34,427 nucleotides of DNA from a virus (IMGVR_UViG_3300033143_002486:1-34427), one strand, 5' to 3'. Positions 14,943-25,936 are shown, counted from the first letter of the stretch. Notes: a model not told the origin generated them from the letters alone. Numbers and translations are program-made.

Positions 14943-16775
14943 CTAAGCTATTGCTATTTCTTCATCAGTTAAAACTGAGTTCCAAGTTCTAAGATTTGTA
15001 ATCCAACCCTCTACACCACTCATCAAAGTTATTAAAGCATTTCTTGCACTACTTGTAGATGCACTTGTATCTTCTGCTACCATCACACCGTCATGGTACA
15101 TTCTTAATGTTGCTGTTGTAGGATTATAGGTAGCTCCAAGTCTGAACTTTGTTGTAGGCATTATAACAAAACTTGTACTACTTCCTGTTGCTTTATAAAC
15201 TCCAGACAGATTGTCATTAGCATTAGTCTCTGAACCAAAAAAGACTAAATCTACACTGTTAAAGATTTTTCTGTATGTTCCATCAGTCCCCACAACTTCA
15301 ACATCACACATAACAGTAATAGCATCTAAAATATTAGGCATATTGTTTAAGCTATCTAGGATTAAAATATCAGCACTTCTTGTTACCGCTGTGGTAGTTG
15401 TTGGTATGTAAGGTGTTATAAATGGTAAAGCTTCTATTTGAGCTCCCCAAATATAAAAAACCGTTGATGCTGTTCCTAAGTATGCTTTGGCTCTTGTGTC
15501 TGTTGATGAATTTACAACTGTTATGAATTGAGTGCTTGATGCTGTAGAAGTTGCTTTGTCTGTTATTGAACATCTATACCAGCCATTACCCACTTCTATA
15601 ATAGTCGCATCATCAACAGCAGACTGGGCTGTCACAGTACCGTTTACAAGGTCAAAATTAGCATAACCACTCGGAAACTGCCCAGTAGGAAAATATAGTT
15701 GTAAATATTTACCGTCTCCTGCATCTTTAGCAAATACAGACAAAGTGTAAGAATTACCTGATGTAACTGAAACGCCTGTTTGTTGTATCCTATGAGATGC
15801 ATCAGCTACTGTGTCAAGTAACGAATCTGCTGTCGTATTACCATCTGGTGCTTCTGTTGTATTTATCGACTCTGTTGTTTCTGCGTTTGTCCAAGTTGTG
15901 CTAAAGTCTTCGCTCTGCAAAAGTAAATTTGTACTTCCAACACTAGCTCTATATCCTTTACTCTCAAAACAAGCTTCATCTATACTAGCGGTTTGAAGAA
16001 CTCCTAGCATATCTATATATGTTTTTGTGGTGGCTCTTGTAAGTGTTACATCTCCTACACCTTGCTTCATTGATAGGTTGTTGTTTAAAGGTAAGCCCAG
16101 TAAAGGGTTATTTATATTTCCTATCGCTTTTACTAAAGGAGCTGTAACTATTGCTACTGCTATATCTTTTGCTTCTTCTGCTGAGTCTGCACTTGCTCCT
16201 GCCGAGTCTGCACTTGCTCCTGCCGCCACCGCCGCCGCTACACTAATATCTTTTGACTCTTCGACTTGTTCCGCCCAAGTAGGTGTTAAATCGTTTTCTA
16301 TTGCTGTACCGTCTGCGTTCCATCTCAAATAATAAAGAGGGTCTGGGTCTGGTAATGTTGCATTCACGCCTTGTGCTGATTCAGGAAACTTAACTACTTT
16401 ATCGACTTTTCTCGACAAATCGCCTATAAGATAAGCTTGGTAATCTTGGTCATCGTTTAAAGTATCCGATAGTAAATCTCCGCTCGTTTGATAATCCGTG
16501 TCACGAGTTACAGGTAAATCACGAACTATCGTAATTTTATCTCCTACGCTTGCACCTGTATTGAGTGTTAAATTTCCCCCCGTATCGCCTGTTATAGCTA
16601 CCGTGTAATCAGCAGTAAGAATTAAAATATCATCTTCATCGTTTGGCGTTTCTCCCGAAAGAGTTTGATAAACTTTTACATCTGTGTTTACAAATATCTT
16701 AAATGTAAAAGGAAACTCCGTTTGGTCTGCCGTAGCTGTATATTCTGCTGGGTCGCTGTTACTATTAAAACTCAT
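14943..16775 (-). CDS. Tail fibre / receptor-binding protein
   Basis: T7 gp17-like anchor (YTATADQTEFPFTFKIF), Ala-rich linker, TNLLLQSEDF...GWYRCSIT...WGAQIE...PYIPTT module, LamG-like C-terminus. Confidence 0.85.
   Translation of the reverse strand: MSFNSNSDPAEYTATADQTEFPFTFKIFVNTDVKVYQTLSGETPNDEDDILILTADYTVAITGDTGGNLTLNTGASVGDKITIVRDLPVTRDTDYQTSGDLLSDTLNDDQDYQAYLIGDLSRKVDKVVKFPESAQGVNATLPDPDPLYYLRWNADGTAIENDLTPTWAEQVEESKDISVAAAVAAGASADSAGASADSAEEAKDIAVAIVTAPLVKAIGNINNPLLGLPLNNNLSMKQGVGDVTLTRATTKTYIDMLGVLQTASIDEACFESKGYRASVGSTNLLLQSEDFSTTWTNAETTESINTTEAPDGNTTADSLLDTVADASHRIQQTGVSVTSGNSYTLSVFAKDAGDGKYLQLYFPTGQFPSGYANFDLVNGTVTAQSAVDDATIIEVGNGWYRCSITDKATSTASSTQFITVVNSSTDTRAKAYLGTASTVFYIWGAQIEALPFITPYIPTTTTAVTRSADILILDSLNNMPNILDAITVMCDVEVVGTDGTYRKIFNSVDLVFFGSETNANDNLSGVYKATGSSTSFVIMPTTKFRLGATYNPTTATLRMYHDGVMVAEDTSASTSSARNALITLMSGVEGWITNLRTWNSVLTDEEIAIA
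16183..16224 (+). repeat. 21-bp in-frame tandem repeat (AGASADS x2) in the fibre linker
   Basis: GAGTCTGCACTTGCTCCTGCC twice. Confidence 0.9.
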
Positions 16776-16776
16776 T

Positions 16777-19650
16777 TTATTCTCCTGCCAATAATTTGTT
16801 CTTATATTCTTCTTTGTCTAAAAAATACTTTCTTATATGTGGGTATTTTTGTAAAAGCTCTTCTTTTGCCATATCGTAATATACATTTCTTATCATTTTC
16901 AACATATCGCTTTTTACATAATCATTTACACTTTTATAATCTATTGAACGCATAACATCTTTGATTGCTTCGTAGAATGTTTTTCCGTTTCTTTTTACAT
17001 TTGTTGCTTGGTCGGTATAGTAAAAATACTCTTGTGGAGTAAATCTGTACCCTGCTGTTGTTTTTGCTGGTTTATAAATTGCTACTGATTTAGTAATTTC
17101 CGTAAGTCTTGCAACTTCACTTCTTACAAAATCCTTATCTTTTTCTTGTATTCCTTGCATGAATTTAGGTAAAAAATTATGGTCATATTCTTGTTTTTTC
17201 CCAAAGTTATCTAATTGTGGCGGTAAATCTTTCCCAAGCCCGGGTATATTCTTTTTTAATTTATCTACTATCGAGTGAGCTTCTCTAATTGTAGGGTCTA
17301 TTTCTTTTGCTATGTTTCTTAGTGTTCCGCTATTTGGAACAAGAACAGAATTAATAAACCTAGATATATACTTTGTACTTTGCAAATCAGGTTCAAAGGC
17401 TAAATCTGTAAGCTGTTTAACTCCTGTCATCCATGTTTGATTAACTGTGGCTTCTGACATTGCCAAAGCTACGCCCCCGATTGCTTTTTCTATCTCTTTT
17501 TCTGCATCTGGGTTTCTTCCGTCTCTGTTTAACATTCTTATAGTTTGCGAAATATTTGAATAAAACTTTAATGCCGTATTATACGGCTCTACCCTATCAA
17601 ACGATTGATATTCTATTTCTCCATTTTCTCCATAAAATACAAAACTGTACTCTTCAATTTTTGCATCTCTCCACGCTTGACGCATTTTTCTATCTCTTGG
17701 GTATGCTCCTGTTAATCTAGGCTTACCATCTGATAATTCTTGAAACCCCCAAGCCCCAAACATAGCATTTATCGTTGTTCCTATTCTCATTTTTGCTTTA
17801 GCCATTTGAGCTTCTTCTCCGCCTTTGGCTATTGCATCTTTATATCTATTGCTCATTAATGCAATCGGAGTTCTTTCTACTACTCCTTCATAAACTATGT
17901 TTATTGGAGTTCTAACAAAAGGAACAAAGTATCTAAAATGCCTTGCAAATCTTTGAACATCTTTTCCTGTTTCTCCTAGCTCTCTTTGGAATGTAGCGTC
18001 TAGTCCTGCTTCGTGAGCTTTCGTTGTCATTTCGTCTGTTGGATTTGCCATCCTAAACGCCATAAAATCATCACGCTCTCGTCCTGTTAAATTCTGTTGT
18101 CTAGCTTCTCTACTTGCTAATTGTCTTAGTTTACCTCTTTCATTAGTTCTTTTGAAATAAGCATCTGTTGCCGCCATAAGAGTTGTTCCTGTTGCTCTTG
18201 TTGCTCTACCTAGTAAATTAACTGTCGTTGCTAACTTTCCTTCTGGGATATTGAGTCCAGATGCTGAGATTTTCTTATCGTACACATAATCTAATCTAGC
18301 TATGCCTCCATAGTTTTCTTCTGTATAGAATGTTTTAAAAAACAATTTTAATGCTTCTGCTTGTCCTTCCCACATTCCTTGTAGTTGTTCTGTTGCTTCG
18401 CCCTTTTCTATTAAGTTTTCTCCACCTACTTTAATTCTACTCGCTACCGCTGTATCTAATATAGATGTAGCCGTTTTTGCTGTGTTGCCACAAGCGTTAA
18501 CCACATTAGTTTGAGTACCTGATAATATGCCGTTGATAAATACTTCATAGAAAATGTCAGAAGTTCTTCCTAAAAATCCCTTTCTTTGTATCTGTGTAAC
18601 TTCTGCTAAAGACCTACTATCTCCAGCCGCTAATATTTGGTTTGCCATAGTCGTTGTATCAAAATTTCCTGAAGATAATCGTGCCATCATATCATCAAGC
18701 GGAAAGTTTTCTTCCACTTCCATACCAACGGCTCTCATACCTCTTGAGTATTCTGCTCTTATTCCCATAAATTGTTTTGCAAATTGTCCATGAAACTCAC
18801 TTTGTTTGTGAAAAGCAATCACATCTTCTGGTGTTCTTCTTAATGGGTCTTTTACTTTGTTTGCTAAAATGGTTAATCTTCTGCCTGATTGTATGAAAAA
18901 TTTTTTAGTTATATATCCCATTTCTGGACTTACTAATTCGCCGGGTTTTAGTCTAAGTATCTTAGCTATTACTTCGTTTTGTTTAGCCCCTTGTATTCCG
19001 CCAATATCAATGGCGTTAGTTTCCATAAGTATATTTTTACCTTCTGGCATTGCTTGTATTTTCGAGTGTATCTCATCACCAAATAAGCTCAATATCTCTT
19101 CTTCTGTTGCTCTTCCTTCATTTGTAGTTAAATGTCCTTTTTTCGTTGCATATCTTACAACTCCATCAGGCTCTCTTACTATACTCATAGTGTCAAAATG
19201 ACCCATTAGCTTACTAGACAATCTATCCATTTCTTCGTTTGTTATAATGTGCCTTCTTTGAGTTTGGATAGCTTCTCTGTTTATTATGTTCATTTGACCG
19301 ATTGCCGCCTTAACATCGTCCGCATCATTTATAATATCAAAGTTTATTTGTGCGGTATCCGTTTCGTCCATCCTTGTTATATCAGCAGCGTTTATCTTTG
19401 CTACATTTTCGTCTATGTCTAAATTTGCAGCTTGTCTTACTATAAAGTCTTTTTTACCACGCTCTTGTGATTTAAGTGTGTTTTGGATAAACATTTTTGA
19501 AACTGCTTTTAATAAGCCGACTTGTCTCTCTTCTGGTAATTCGGGAGTTTCTATATCAGGACTTGGCTCTGGTATAATCTCTTCCATTTGAGGGGCTATC
19601 GGTTGTTCTGGTTGTTGTTCTATTGGTTGATTGATTTGTGGCTCTATCAT
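16777..19650 (-). CDS. Large internal virion (ejection) protein, gp16-like position
   Basis: 957 aa, helical, last core gene before the fibre. Confidence 0.7.
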   Translation of the reverse strand: MIEPQINQPIEQQPEQPIAPQMEEIIPEPSPDIETPELPEERQVGLLKAVSKMFIQNTLKSQERGKKDFIVRQAANLDIDENVAKINAADITRMDETDTAQINFDIINDADDVKAAIGQMNIINREAIQTQRRHIITNEEMDRLSSKLMGHFDTMSIVREPDGVVRYATKKGHLTTNEGRATEEEILSLFGDEIHSKIQAMPEGKNILMETNAIDIGGIQGAKQNEVIAKILRLKPGELVSPEMGYITKKFFIQSGRRLTILANKVKDPLRRTPEDVIAFHKQSEFHGQFAKQFMGIRAEYSRGMRAVGMEVEENFPLDDMMARLSSGNFDTTTMANQILAAGDSRSLAEVTQIQRKGFLGRTSDIFYEVFINGILSGTQTNVVNACGNTAKTATSILDTAVASRIKVGGENLIEKGEATEQLQGMWEGQAEALKLFFKTFYTEENYGGIARLDYVYDKKISASGLNIPEGKLATTVNLLGRATRATGTTLMAATDAYFKRTNERGKLRQLASREARQQNLTGRERDDFMAFRMANPTDEMTTKAHEAGLDATFQRELGETGKDVQRFARHFRYFVPFVRTPINIVYEGVVERTPIALMSNRYKDAIAKGGEEAQMAKAKMRIGTTINAMFGAWGFQELSDGKPRLTGAYPRDRKMRQAWRDAKIEEYSFVFYGENGEIEYQSFDRVEPYNTALKFYSNISQTIRMLNRDGRNPDAEKEIEKAIGGVALAMSEATVNQTWMTGVKQLTDLAFEPDLQSTKYISRFINSVLVPNSGTLRNIAKEIDPTIREAHSIVDKLKKNIPGLGKDLPPQLDNFGKKQEYDHNFLPKFMQGIQEKDKDFVRSEVARLTEITKSVAIYKPAKTTAGYRFTPQEYFYYTDQATNVKRNGKTFYEAIKDVMRSIDYKSVNDYVKSDMLKMIRNVYYDMAKEELLQKYPHIRKYFLDKEEYKNKLLAGE

Positions 19651-20804
19651 TTAACGCCCCCTTGTTGAGATGCTGCCCCTAATTTCTCTGGGTAAAATAT
19701 TTGATATGTTGTTTCATCTCCGTCTTTGAGCCTTATTCCGTCATATCCCATATTAATTAATTCATCTGTGCTAAACTTATCCTGCTCTTCCCATCCACCA
19801 AGTTTTAGGTTATTTTCGTCTATTGTTTTTTCCATAATATAACCTTTGCCTGATGCTGATACTTCCCCTTTTTCTATTTTGCTTTTATTGTCAGTAAACC
19901 ATATTGTTCCGTCTGCTGATTTTTTTATATCAAAATCTTTAAATTTCTTTGCTGTTCCATGATAAATACTTTTACTTGCCCCTTCTTGTGCAACATCGGT
20001 TTTGCCCATTGTTAAAGCTCTTTGAAGTAAGTCGTTACCTAGTGGGTCTCGTCCTTGCATTGCGTCATCTATAACTTTACCTAGTTGTTTAACGCTCATT
20101 CCAAAGCCTTTTGCTATAACGGGCATACCTAAAGCTAATGTCGCTCCCATTCCTGCCCCTAGTCCTGCTTCTTCTCCTATGGCTTCCCAATCGTACTCAT
20201 CTTTTCCTTCAAGTCCTTGCATTATAGCTTCTTCCCCTGCAAAGTAACCGGCTGATGATAAACCTACTCCAAGAGTTTCCATAAGTGCTCTTTTAGCTGT
20301 TTGTTTAACCGCCATTCTTCCAAAAAAGCCATAACCTAAACCGCCTATCATTGTTGGGTCTTTGCTTACGGACTTCAATCCTCGCTTAAACCCGCTCATA
20401 GTTGTATCTTCTTTGTTGTTCCAAGTTTCAGCCATGTAGTACATAGCGGCTTTTGTTTCTGGGTCTGCACTATTAAACTGTCCGAACATACCCGCTAATC
20501 CTTTTCTATCTACTGTGGTTAAAGGTATTAGATAATCTGATACGGTTTGTAAACCTATCTTAGCCATCTCTTGTGGGTCTTCGCTTATCTCTCCGCCAGT
20601 ATGTTCTGCTATTCTTCTTGATGCTTGTTGGAAAAGCTCATCATTAACTATCTCTTCTTCCATTAATCCTTGTTCATGTTTTGCTAGTCCTTGTGAGTAA
20701 ACCTTTGATGCTTCTATTCTTTCATTGTTATATTTTAATTCATTGTCTATGTCGGTTGCACTTCTAGGAAAAGTGTCTGGTGGAAATTCTTTTATAATGT
20801 CCAT
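19647..20804 (-). CDS. Internal virion protein with C-terminal ADP-ribosyltransferase-like domain
   Basis: Gly/Ala-rich hydrophobic stretches, then YHGT...F..FD...G.IWFTD...GYDGI...YQIFYP. Confidence 0.65.
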   Translation of the reverse strand: MDIIKEFPPDTFPRSATDIDNELKYNNERIEASKVYSQGLAKHEQGLMEEEIVNDELFQQASRRIAEHTGGEISEDPQEMAKIGLQTVSDYLIPLTTVDRKGLAGMFGQFNSADPETKAAMYYMAETWNNKEDTTMSGFKRGLKSVSKDPTMIGGLGYGFFGRMAVKQTAKRALMETLGVGLSSAGYFAGEEAIMQGLEGKDEYDWEAIGEEAGLGAGMGATLALGMPVIAKGFGMSVKQLGKVIDDAMQGRDPLGNDLLQRALTMGKTDVAQEGASKSIYHGTAKKFKDFDIKKSADGTIWFTDNKSKIEKGEVSASGKGYIMEKTIDENNLKLGGWEEQDKFSTDELINMGYDGIRLKDGDETTYQIFYPEKLGAASQQGGVK

Positions 20805-22453
20805 TATTTATTCTCCTTAAAGAAAAAAGCCCTAAATCCTGATTGTCCCTCTATCTCTTCTTTCTCTTTTGCCAATTTCAGCCTTTTTGCTTCTGCTTCT
20901 GCTGTTGCTTCTGTGTCTTTTCTTTTCTTATATGGTTTGGTGCCTATAATTTCCCCTGCTTTGTACTCGTCTAGTCTAACTCTAATGTATTCAAGTGCCT
21001 TTTCTGCTTTCTGTTCTAAATCAACCGTTTTAACATAGTTGTACATTTCTTTGTTAAGTTTCATATAATCTTGGATAAGTTCATTATCAAAGTCTAGTTT
21101 TTGGATTATAGTACCATCTATTATTTCAAAGTATCCTCTTAATTCTGCAATGGCTTGTTTCCCATCTCCTACTCTTTGCCATTCGCCTAACCTTCTCGCT
21201 TCTGCTTCGGTCATTTTAACACGACTTCTTTTCTTTTCTATTAGTTTGAATTTCTGTTCGTCTGACATATCAGCGGTCATAATGTCGTTTTCATCTACGG
21301 CATCTAAATTATAAAAGAAATTGAGATACTCGTCCTCGTCATCTTCTACTTCTACCTCTTTTATTCTCTTTTTGTAATTATCGTATTGGCTTAATGTTAT
21401 AGTTTCCGCCCTTAAGGCATCTCCTAAATCTTCTTCTGATAAAGTTTTATCTAATAGCTTAATATTTAGACTAGCTGTTGTTTTTTCTATCAAATCCTCA
21501 TGTTCTTTCTCTGTTAAAATATCTCGTGTTTCATAATCTTTAACTTCGCTTTCTATCATCTTATGCATTCTGTCTATTAGTTTACTTGTATCTTCTGAGT
21601 TTAATTGTTTGTTCTTTCTCATATTATCTAGGTAAGCTATTCGGTTATCGCTAGTCCTAAACTGCTCCATAGCTGTTTCCATATAAGCTTCTTTTTGAAT
21701 TTCTCTTATTTCAAAACCCACTAGAGACTCGTTTGTAAACCCTCTTTTTATTGCAGTACGAGATGAAGCTAGGTATCTTTGTTCTATATCTCCCATCTTG
21801 GCAAGGTCGTTTCCTTTAGCCGCCTTTAAGTAATCGTCTCTGATTATTTTCTTAGAGCTTATATAAGTGTTTTTATCCATTAAATCAGTTTGTTTTTGTT
21901 TTGCTAAAGATATTTTTTTATAAGTTTCTGCCCCGTGTTCTAGGAAAGCTCTTTTTGCTATTGCTCCCATATATGGGTCTGGTGCTTCTGCGACTGTTTG
22001 CTTTTCAAAATTACTATACATAGTTTGGAACGCTTCTGGGTCGCCCTTTGCATGAACATTTGCTATATCCGCCGCTGCTTTAGCATCTACAACTACTTGG
22101 TCGGAATAAGCAGCCTTTGCTGCCGTATTATAAGCTCTTCCATAGATAGTCTCATCTGCTTGTCTTGCCCCTTCCATAAGCTTATCAATTTGATTTGTTT
22201 GTTCATGTACACTTGGTATATTCTTTCTTATGTTGGCTATCTTGTTTCTTCTTTTTACTATGTCAAAACCTGCATCTCTTGCGGCTTCTGTTTGTGCTTC
22301 TTGTCCTGCTTGTGCCATTTTCATATTACTAAATTGTTCTAGTCTAGCACTTAATGATTGTATTGATGATGTGGCTACATTTACCGCAGCAGATGTTCCA
22401 CCACCTGTGAAAGTTTGTGCCGGAGTTTGTAAATTAGCTCTTTCGTATCTCAT
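20804..22453 (-). CDS. Internal virion protein, gp15-like position
   Basis: Helical and charged; synteny. Confidence 0.65.
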   Translation of the reverse strand: MRYERANLQTPAQTFTGGGTSAAVNVATSSIQSLSARLEQFSNMKMAQAGQEAQTEAARDAGFDIVKRRNKIANIRKNIPSVHEQTNQIDKLMEGARQADETIYGRAYNTAAKAAYSDQVVVDAKAAADIANVHAKGDPEAFQTMYSNFEKQTVAEAPDPYMGAIAKRAFLEHGAETYKKISLAKQKQTDLMDKNTYISSKKIIRDDYLKAAKGNDLAKMGDIEQRYLASSRTAIKRGFTNESLVGFEIREIQKEAYMETAMEQFRTSDNRIAYLDNMRKNKQLNSEDTSKLIDRMHKMIESEVKDYETRDILTEKEHEDLIEKTTASLNIKLLDKTLSEEDLGDALRAETITLSQYDNYKKRIKEVEVEDDEDEYLNFFYNLDAVDENDIMTADMSDEQKFKLIEKKRSRVKMTEAEARRLGEWQRVGDGKQAIAELRGYFEIIDGTIIQKLDFDNELIQDYMKLNKEMYNYVKTVDLEQKAEKALEYIRVRLDEYKAGEIIGTKPYKKRKDTEATAEAEAKRLKLAKEKEEIEGQSGFRAFFFKENK

Positions 22454-23031
22454 TTTATTTGCCTCTTATCTTTTCCGCCAATTTGTCGGTATTTGTCTAA
22501 GGTTTCGCCAATCTGCATTAATCCTTTATTGAATCCTGCCGTTTGTGAAGCTTTAGCCGCCGCACCGTAACCGATAGCATCAGCCGTGATACCTGCTTTT
22601 CCATATTCTCCGCTTAGTTCTAAATACTTTCTATCCCAATCTAGTCTTGCGAAGTCTTCTCTTAGTATGTTTTGAATGCTGCCACTTGAAAAACTCCTGC
22701 CTTGACTTGCAAATAAAACCGCTTGTGATGCCATAGTGTCATTATATTTTTGAGTTAATCTTAAATTGTTTAGTTTAGCTTGTGATATTGCTTGGTCTGC
22801 TTGTAGCTTTCTAGCTTTCTCTTGTACTTTATATCCGTATGATTGAACTTGTCCTGCGGTTATTGAGCCAATAGCCGAAGCTACTCCACTAATCAGTCCT
22901 AGTCCTGCGGTCATTGAGCTTGTAACCTCTGGTGTTGTTACAGTTGGTAATGTTGCAGTGCTTGTGTACTTATCAGTATAAGGTATATATGATGGCGTTT
23001 CAGTACCAAAGTGCATATCTGTATATTTCAT
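22450..23031 (-). CDS. Internal virion protein, gp14-like position
   Basis: Gly/Ala-rich hydrophobic segment; synteny after tail tube B. Confidence 0.65.
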   Translation of the reverse strand: MKYTDMHFGTETPSYIPYTDKYTSTATLPTVTTPEVTSSMTAGLGLISGVASAIGSITAGQVQSYGYKVQEKARKLQADQAISQAKLNNLRLTQKYNDTMASQAVLFASQGRSFSSGSIQNILREDFARLDWDRKYLELSGEYGKAGITADAIGYGAAAKASQTAGFNKGLMQIGETLDKYRQIGGKDKRQIK

Positions 23032-23032
23032 T

Positions 23033-25000
23033 TTAATATCCTACCTCATAACCAATAGCCCTTAAAGTAAAGGGCAAAGGTTGAGTTTGGCTTATTTCTA
23101 TCTCTACTAATCTATCATATCCTAAAAGATACATCTCTTTAAATCCTGTATATGGCGTAGGTGCTTCGTCAAGTACAATAGGAAAAACCCTATCTGGTAT
23201 TTGATTGTCATTTGCGTAAACTCCTAAAGAGTCTAGTACATTCACATCTACTTTGATAACTCTTTTTCTTCGGTGTAAAGTGTTACCGCTTTTGGTTTCT
23301 GTGCTTAATGGTAAGGTTATTACTGAAGTAGTAAAGTTTAATCCTACCTCTAATCTATAAGCACCTCTAGCGACTGCAAAAGTGTTATCTCCTGCCGTGC
23401 CTGTTGGTTTTGCTTCTGCCATAATGGAATAATCTGCTATTACTTTAAAATATTTATTCAATAAAGCGTTATCGTAATCTGTTGTAATCTCATAAACTAA
23501 TGAGCCACTTGAAACTTGAGTGTAAATAACATCGTCCCCACTATGGACAACATCACTCCCAGTATGTACTACATCGAAAGTATCTGGCTCTACGCCATCA
23601 ATCGTAACATTGTGGTCGGTATATGTGTTCTCTGCTAATCGCTCTATGAAAAAAGTACCTTCTCTTTGTACTATGAAATAAGTTTCTTTATCTACTACAC
23701 AAACATCTTTAAAATCTCCGTCAGTTTCCCAAGGTGTCCACCCTGCTATCTCTTCGTGTCGCATAGTGCTTAAAACTGCTACCGTGCCATCTTCATTGAT
23801 TACATAAACATAATCGCCTACATTGTGTTGAGTACCTTTTATCGCACTCATAGACACCGCTAGTGTTATCAAATGGCTACTTAACAAAGACGCATTGTGA
23901 GATACATAACTGTCCTCATTAAAATCATAAACAAATTGTCTTATAGTTCTGCCGGAACTATCTACGAATAAAGTAGCCCCGTCTATTAAAATCGGTCTTA
24001 TCTTCTTTGAGCCATATCCTGTTTGCCTAGACCAGTTAGAATTTTCAGGTGTTATGCTGTCATTTGTGTTGTAAAATTCTCCACCCGTTGTGAATACTTG
24101 TAGCTTCCTACCACTAAAAATGTTTTGAATTATATTGTACTGGTCGGAATCTAATATGTCTGCTATGCCTTCGTCGGGGTCGCTTGCCCCTAAATCAAAA
24201 TCAAAAAATCCGTTTATCTTACTACCCCATATCGAAGTAGGTTTTGCCGTTGAACCTGCAAACCATAATCTACCACCGTGGAAAGTACAAGTACGAGGAT
24301 AGCCACGAGCCACACTCCATGCGACTTCTTGCGTCCCTTCAACGCTCCAATTTGTCGTGTTACTAAAATCCTCTAATGATAAATCAATACTTGACCTTGT
24401 AGTCTTTGCTTTGTAGTAGGTATAGTTTGCACCTTTAACTGCGTTACCATCTCTATTTAAAACTATCTCATCTATTGCTACGGTTACGGTTTGAGCCATT
24501 CCGCTATTAACATACTTCTCAATTATTACCGTACCGAAATTAAAATAAGGCATATTTGCAAATGTTATATCTTCCCATAACCAACTTGTGTCTGAGCCTT
24601 GTCTTTGTAAAGATTGAGGTGTATGTAATTCGTGTGCAAATATCATGGTATCTGCTGATTGAATTACATCAATTTCGTCTATTTGTGCACCTGTGAAAGG
24701 TGTTGTTTCTGAACTTACCAACTCCCCATCTCTAAAAATGTCAGCTACCAACGGTCTTAAAACAACTAAATATGACTGAGTGGAGTTGAAAACAAAAGGA
24801 AACATTTTACCATCGGTAGCTATTTTGCTGTCGGTTATCTTCGCTAGTCCAGGTCTTCGCTTGAGACCACCATAAGGAATGATTATCATATTTGTTGCTG
24901 TTTTAATACCGTTGTTGAATTTAGTAATGTCAGGTCTAGCGTGTAGTTCTGGTGCCAGTTCCCCTGATGTTAAGTTAGCTTGTAGGTATTCTACACCCAT
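23033..25000 (-). CDS. Tail tubular protein B (nozzle, gp12-like)
   Basis: NLTSGELAP...GGLKRRPG...QSADTM...GYPRTCTFHGGRLWFAG. Confidence 0.9.
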   Translation of the reverse strand: MGVEYLQANLTSGELAPELHARPDITKFNNGIKTATNMIIIPYGGLKRRPGLAKITDSKIATDGKMFPFVFNSTQSYLVVLRPLVADIFRDGELVSSETTPFTGAQIDEIDVIQSADTMIFAHELHTPQSLQRQGSDTSWLWEDITFANMPYFNFGTVIIEKYVNSGMAQTVTVAIDEIVLNRDGNAVKGANYTYYKAKTTRSSIDLSLEDFSNTTNWSVEGTQEVAWSVARGYPRTCTFHGGRLWFAGSTAKPTSIWGSKINGFFDFDLGASDPDEGIADILDSDQYNIIQNIFSGRKLQVFTTGGEFYNTNDSITPENSNWSRQTGYGSKKIRPILIDGATLFVDSSGRTIRQFVYDFNEDSYVSHNASLLSSHLITLAVSMSAIKGTQHNVGDYVYVINEDGTVAVLSTMRHEEIAGWTPWETDGDFKDVCVVDKETYFIVQREGTFFIERLAENTYTDHNVTIDGVEPDTFDVVHTGSDVVHSGDDVIYTQVSSGSLVYEITTDYDNALLNKYFKVIADYSIMAEAKPTGTAGDNTFAVARGAYRLEVGLNFTTSVITLPLSTETKSGNTLHRRKRVIKVDVNVLDSLGVYANDNQIPDRVFPIVLDEAPTPYTGFKEMYLLGYDRLVEIEISQTQPLPFTLRAIGYEVGY

Positions 25001-25536
25001 TAGTATCTTACATCCGTATAAGGTGAGCTTTCCACTTCATCTGGTGGTCTTTGTGATGCGTCTGTAAACTTAGCTATTCTGAGGGAGTCTCGGTACATTC
25101 CAAAATATAAACTTGCCAAATCCTTACTACCTGTTACAGGTATTGCAAATTGAGCCGCTAAAAATAACTCTAAAGTTTTAACAACATAAGCAGGTAATTT
25201 ATCTTCGGTTACTTTAAAGATATAATCCACTTCCATCGTGGTACTATTAGAATAAACTTTATCCCCGTAAATCTCATAATCGCTAGAATCTGTTTTGGTT
25301 AAGTATAAAAAATCAGCTGGTAGTTGAAATTGGTAATTATATTGGTTTAAAGGCTCTTCCGTCAGTCTTGCTAGTGTTAATTTTTTAGAAGCAAATCTCC
25401 ATCTATAAGAAGTTAATAAACTCTCGTATGTACTATCGTATAGGTTAGCCCCTACGATTGACTCGGATACGCTTGCTTTAGTAGAGTCGCCAAGCAACAA
25501 GTGAGCGTTTGAAATTATATCTATTTTACTTGCCAT
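25000..25536 (-). CDS. Tail tubular protein A (adaptor, gp11-like)
   Basis: IDIISNAHLLLG...WRFA...YQFQLPAD. Confidence 0.88.
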   Translation of the reverse strand: MASKIDIISNAHLLLGDSTKASVSESIVGANLYDSTYESLLTSYRWRFASKKLTLARLTEEPLNQYNYQFQLPADFLYLTKTDSSDYEIYGDKVYSNSTTMEVDYIFKVTEDKLPAYVVKTLELFLAAQFAIPVTGSKDLASLYFGMYRDSLRIAKFTDASQRPPDEVESSPYTDVRY

Positions 25537-25556
25537 CGTAACTCCTTAAACTTAAG

Positions 25557-25578
25557 AGGAGAGTCCTTAAACTCCCCT
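25557..25578 (-). terminator. Hairpin after the capsid and decoration genes, probable partial terminator
   Basis: AGGGGAGT-loop-ACTCTCCT with a weak U tract. Confidence 0.45.
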
Positions 25579-25584
25579 ATAAAT

Positions 25585-25926
25585 CTAGTTACCCGCAATC
25601 GCAGTTATAATACCATTAACAATGGTAATTGTCTCTGTTGCTCCGACTAATGTATCTGATGCTAGACCATCCGCTGGTATAACTGTTCCGATAAGGTCGA
25701 TAGTATCTACTTCGTCACTATCTACTTTTGAAACTACTAATAAAAGAGAAGCATCGCTGGCTGTTGCCATGATGAAGTCCCCAACTGCTAAAAAATCGTT
25801 AGCCCCTACAAAGTAATCATCTGCTATTGTAGTAGCCTTGTTGTCTCCCGTGGTGTAGGTATAAAACTTGGGGGCTGTTGACCCTTGTCCTACGCTACCC
25901 GATAATGTTGTTCTTGAAAATGCCAT
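25585..25926 (-). CDS. Putative capsid decoration/cement protein
   Basis: Directly after the capsid gene; beta-rich. Confidence 0.55.
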   Translation of the reverse strand: MAFSRTTLSGSVGQGSTAPKFYTYTTGDNKATTIADDYFVGANDFLAVGDFIMATASDASLLLVVSKVDSDEVDTIDLIGTVIPADGLASDTLVGATETITIVNGIITAIAGN

Positions 25927-25936
25927 TATTTGCTCC

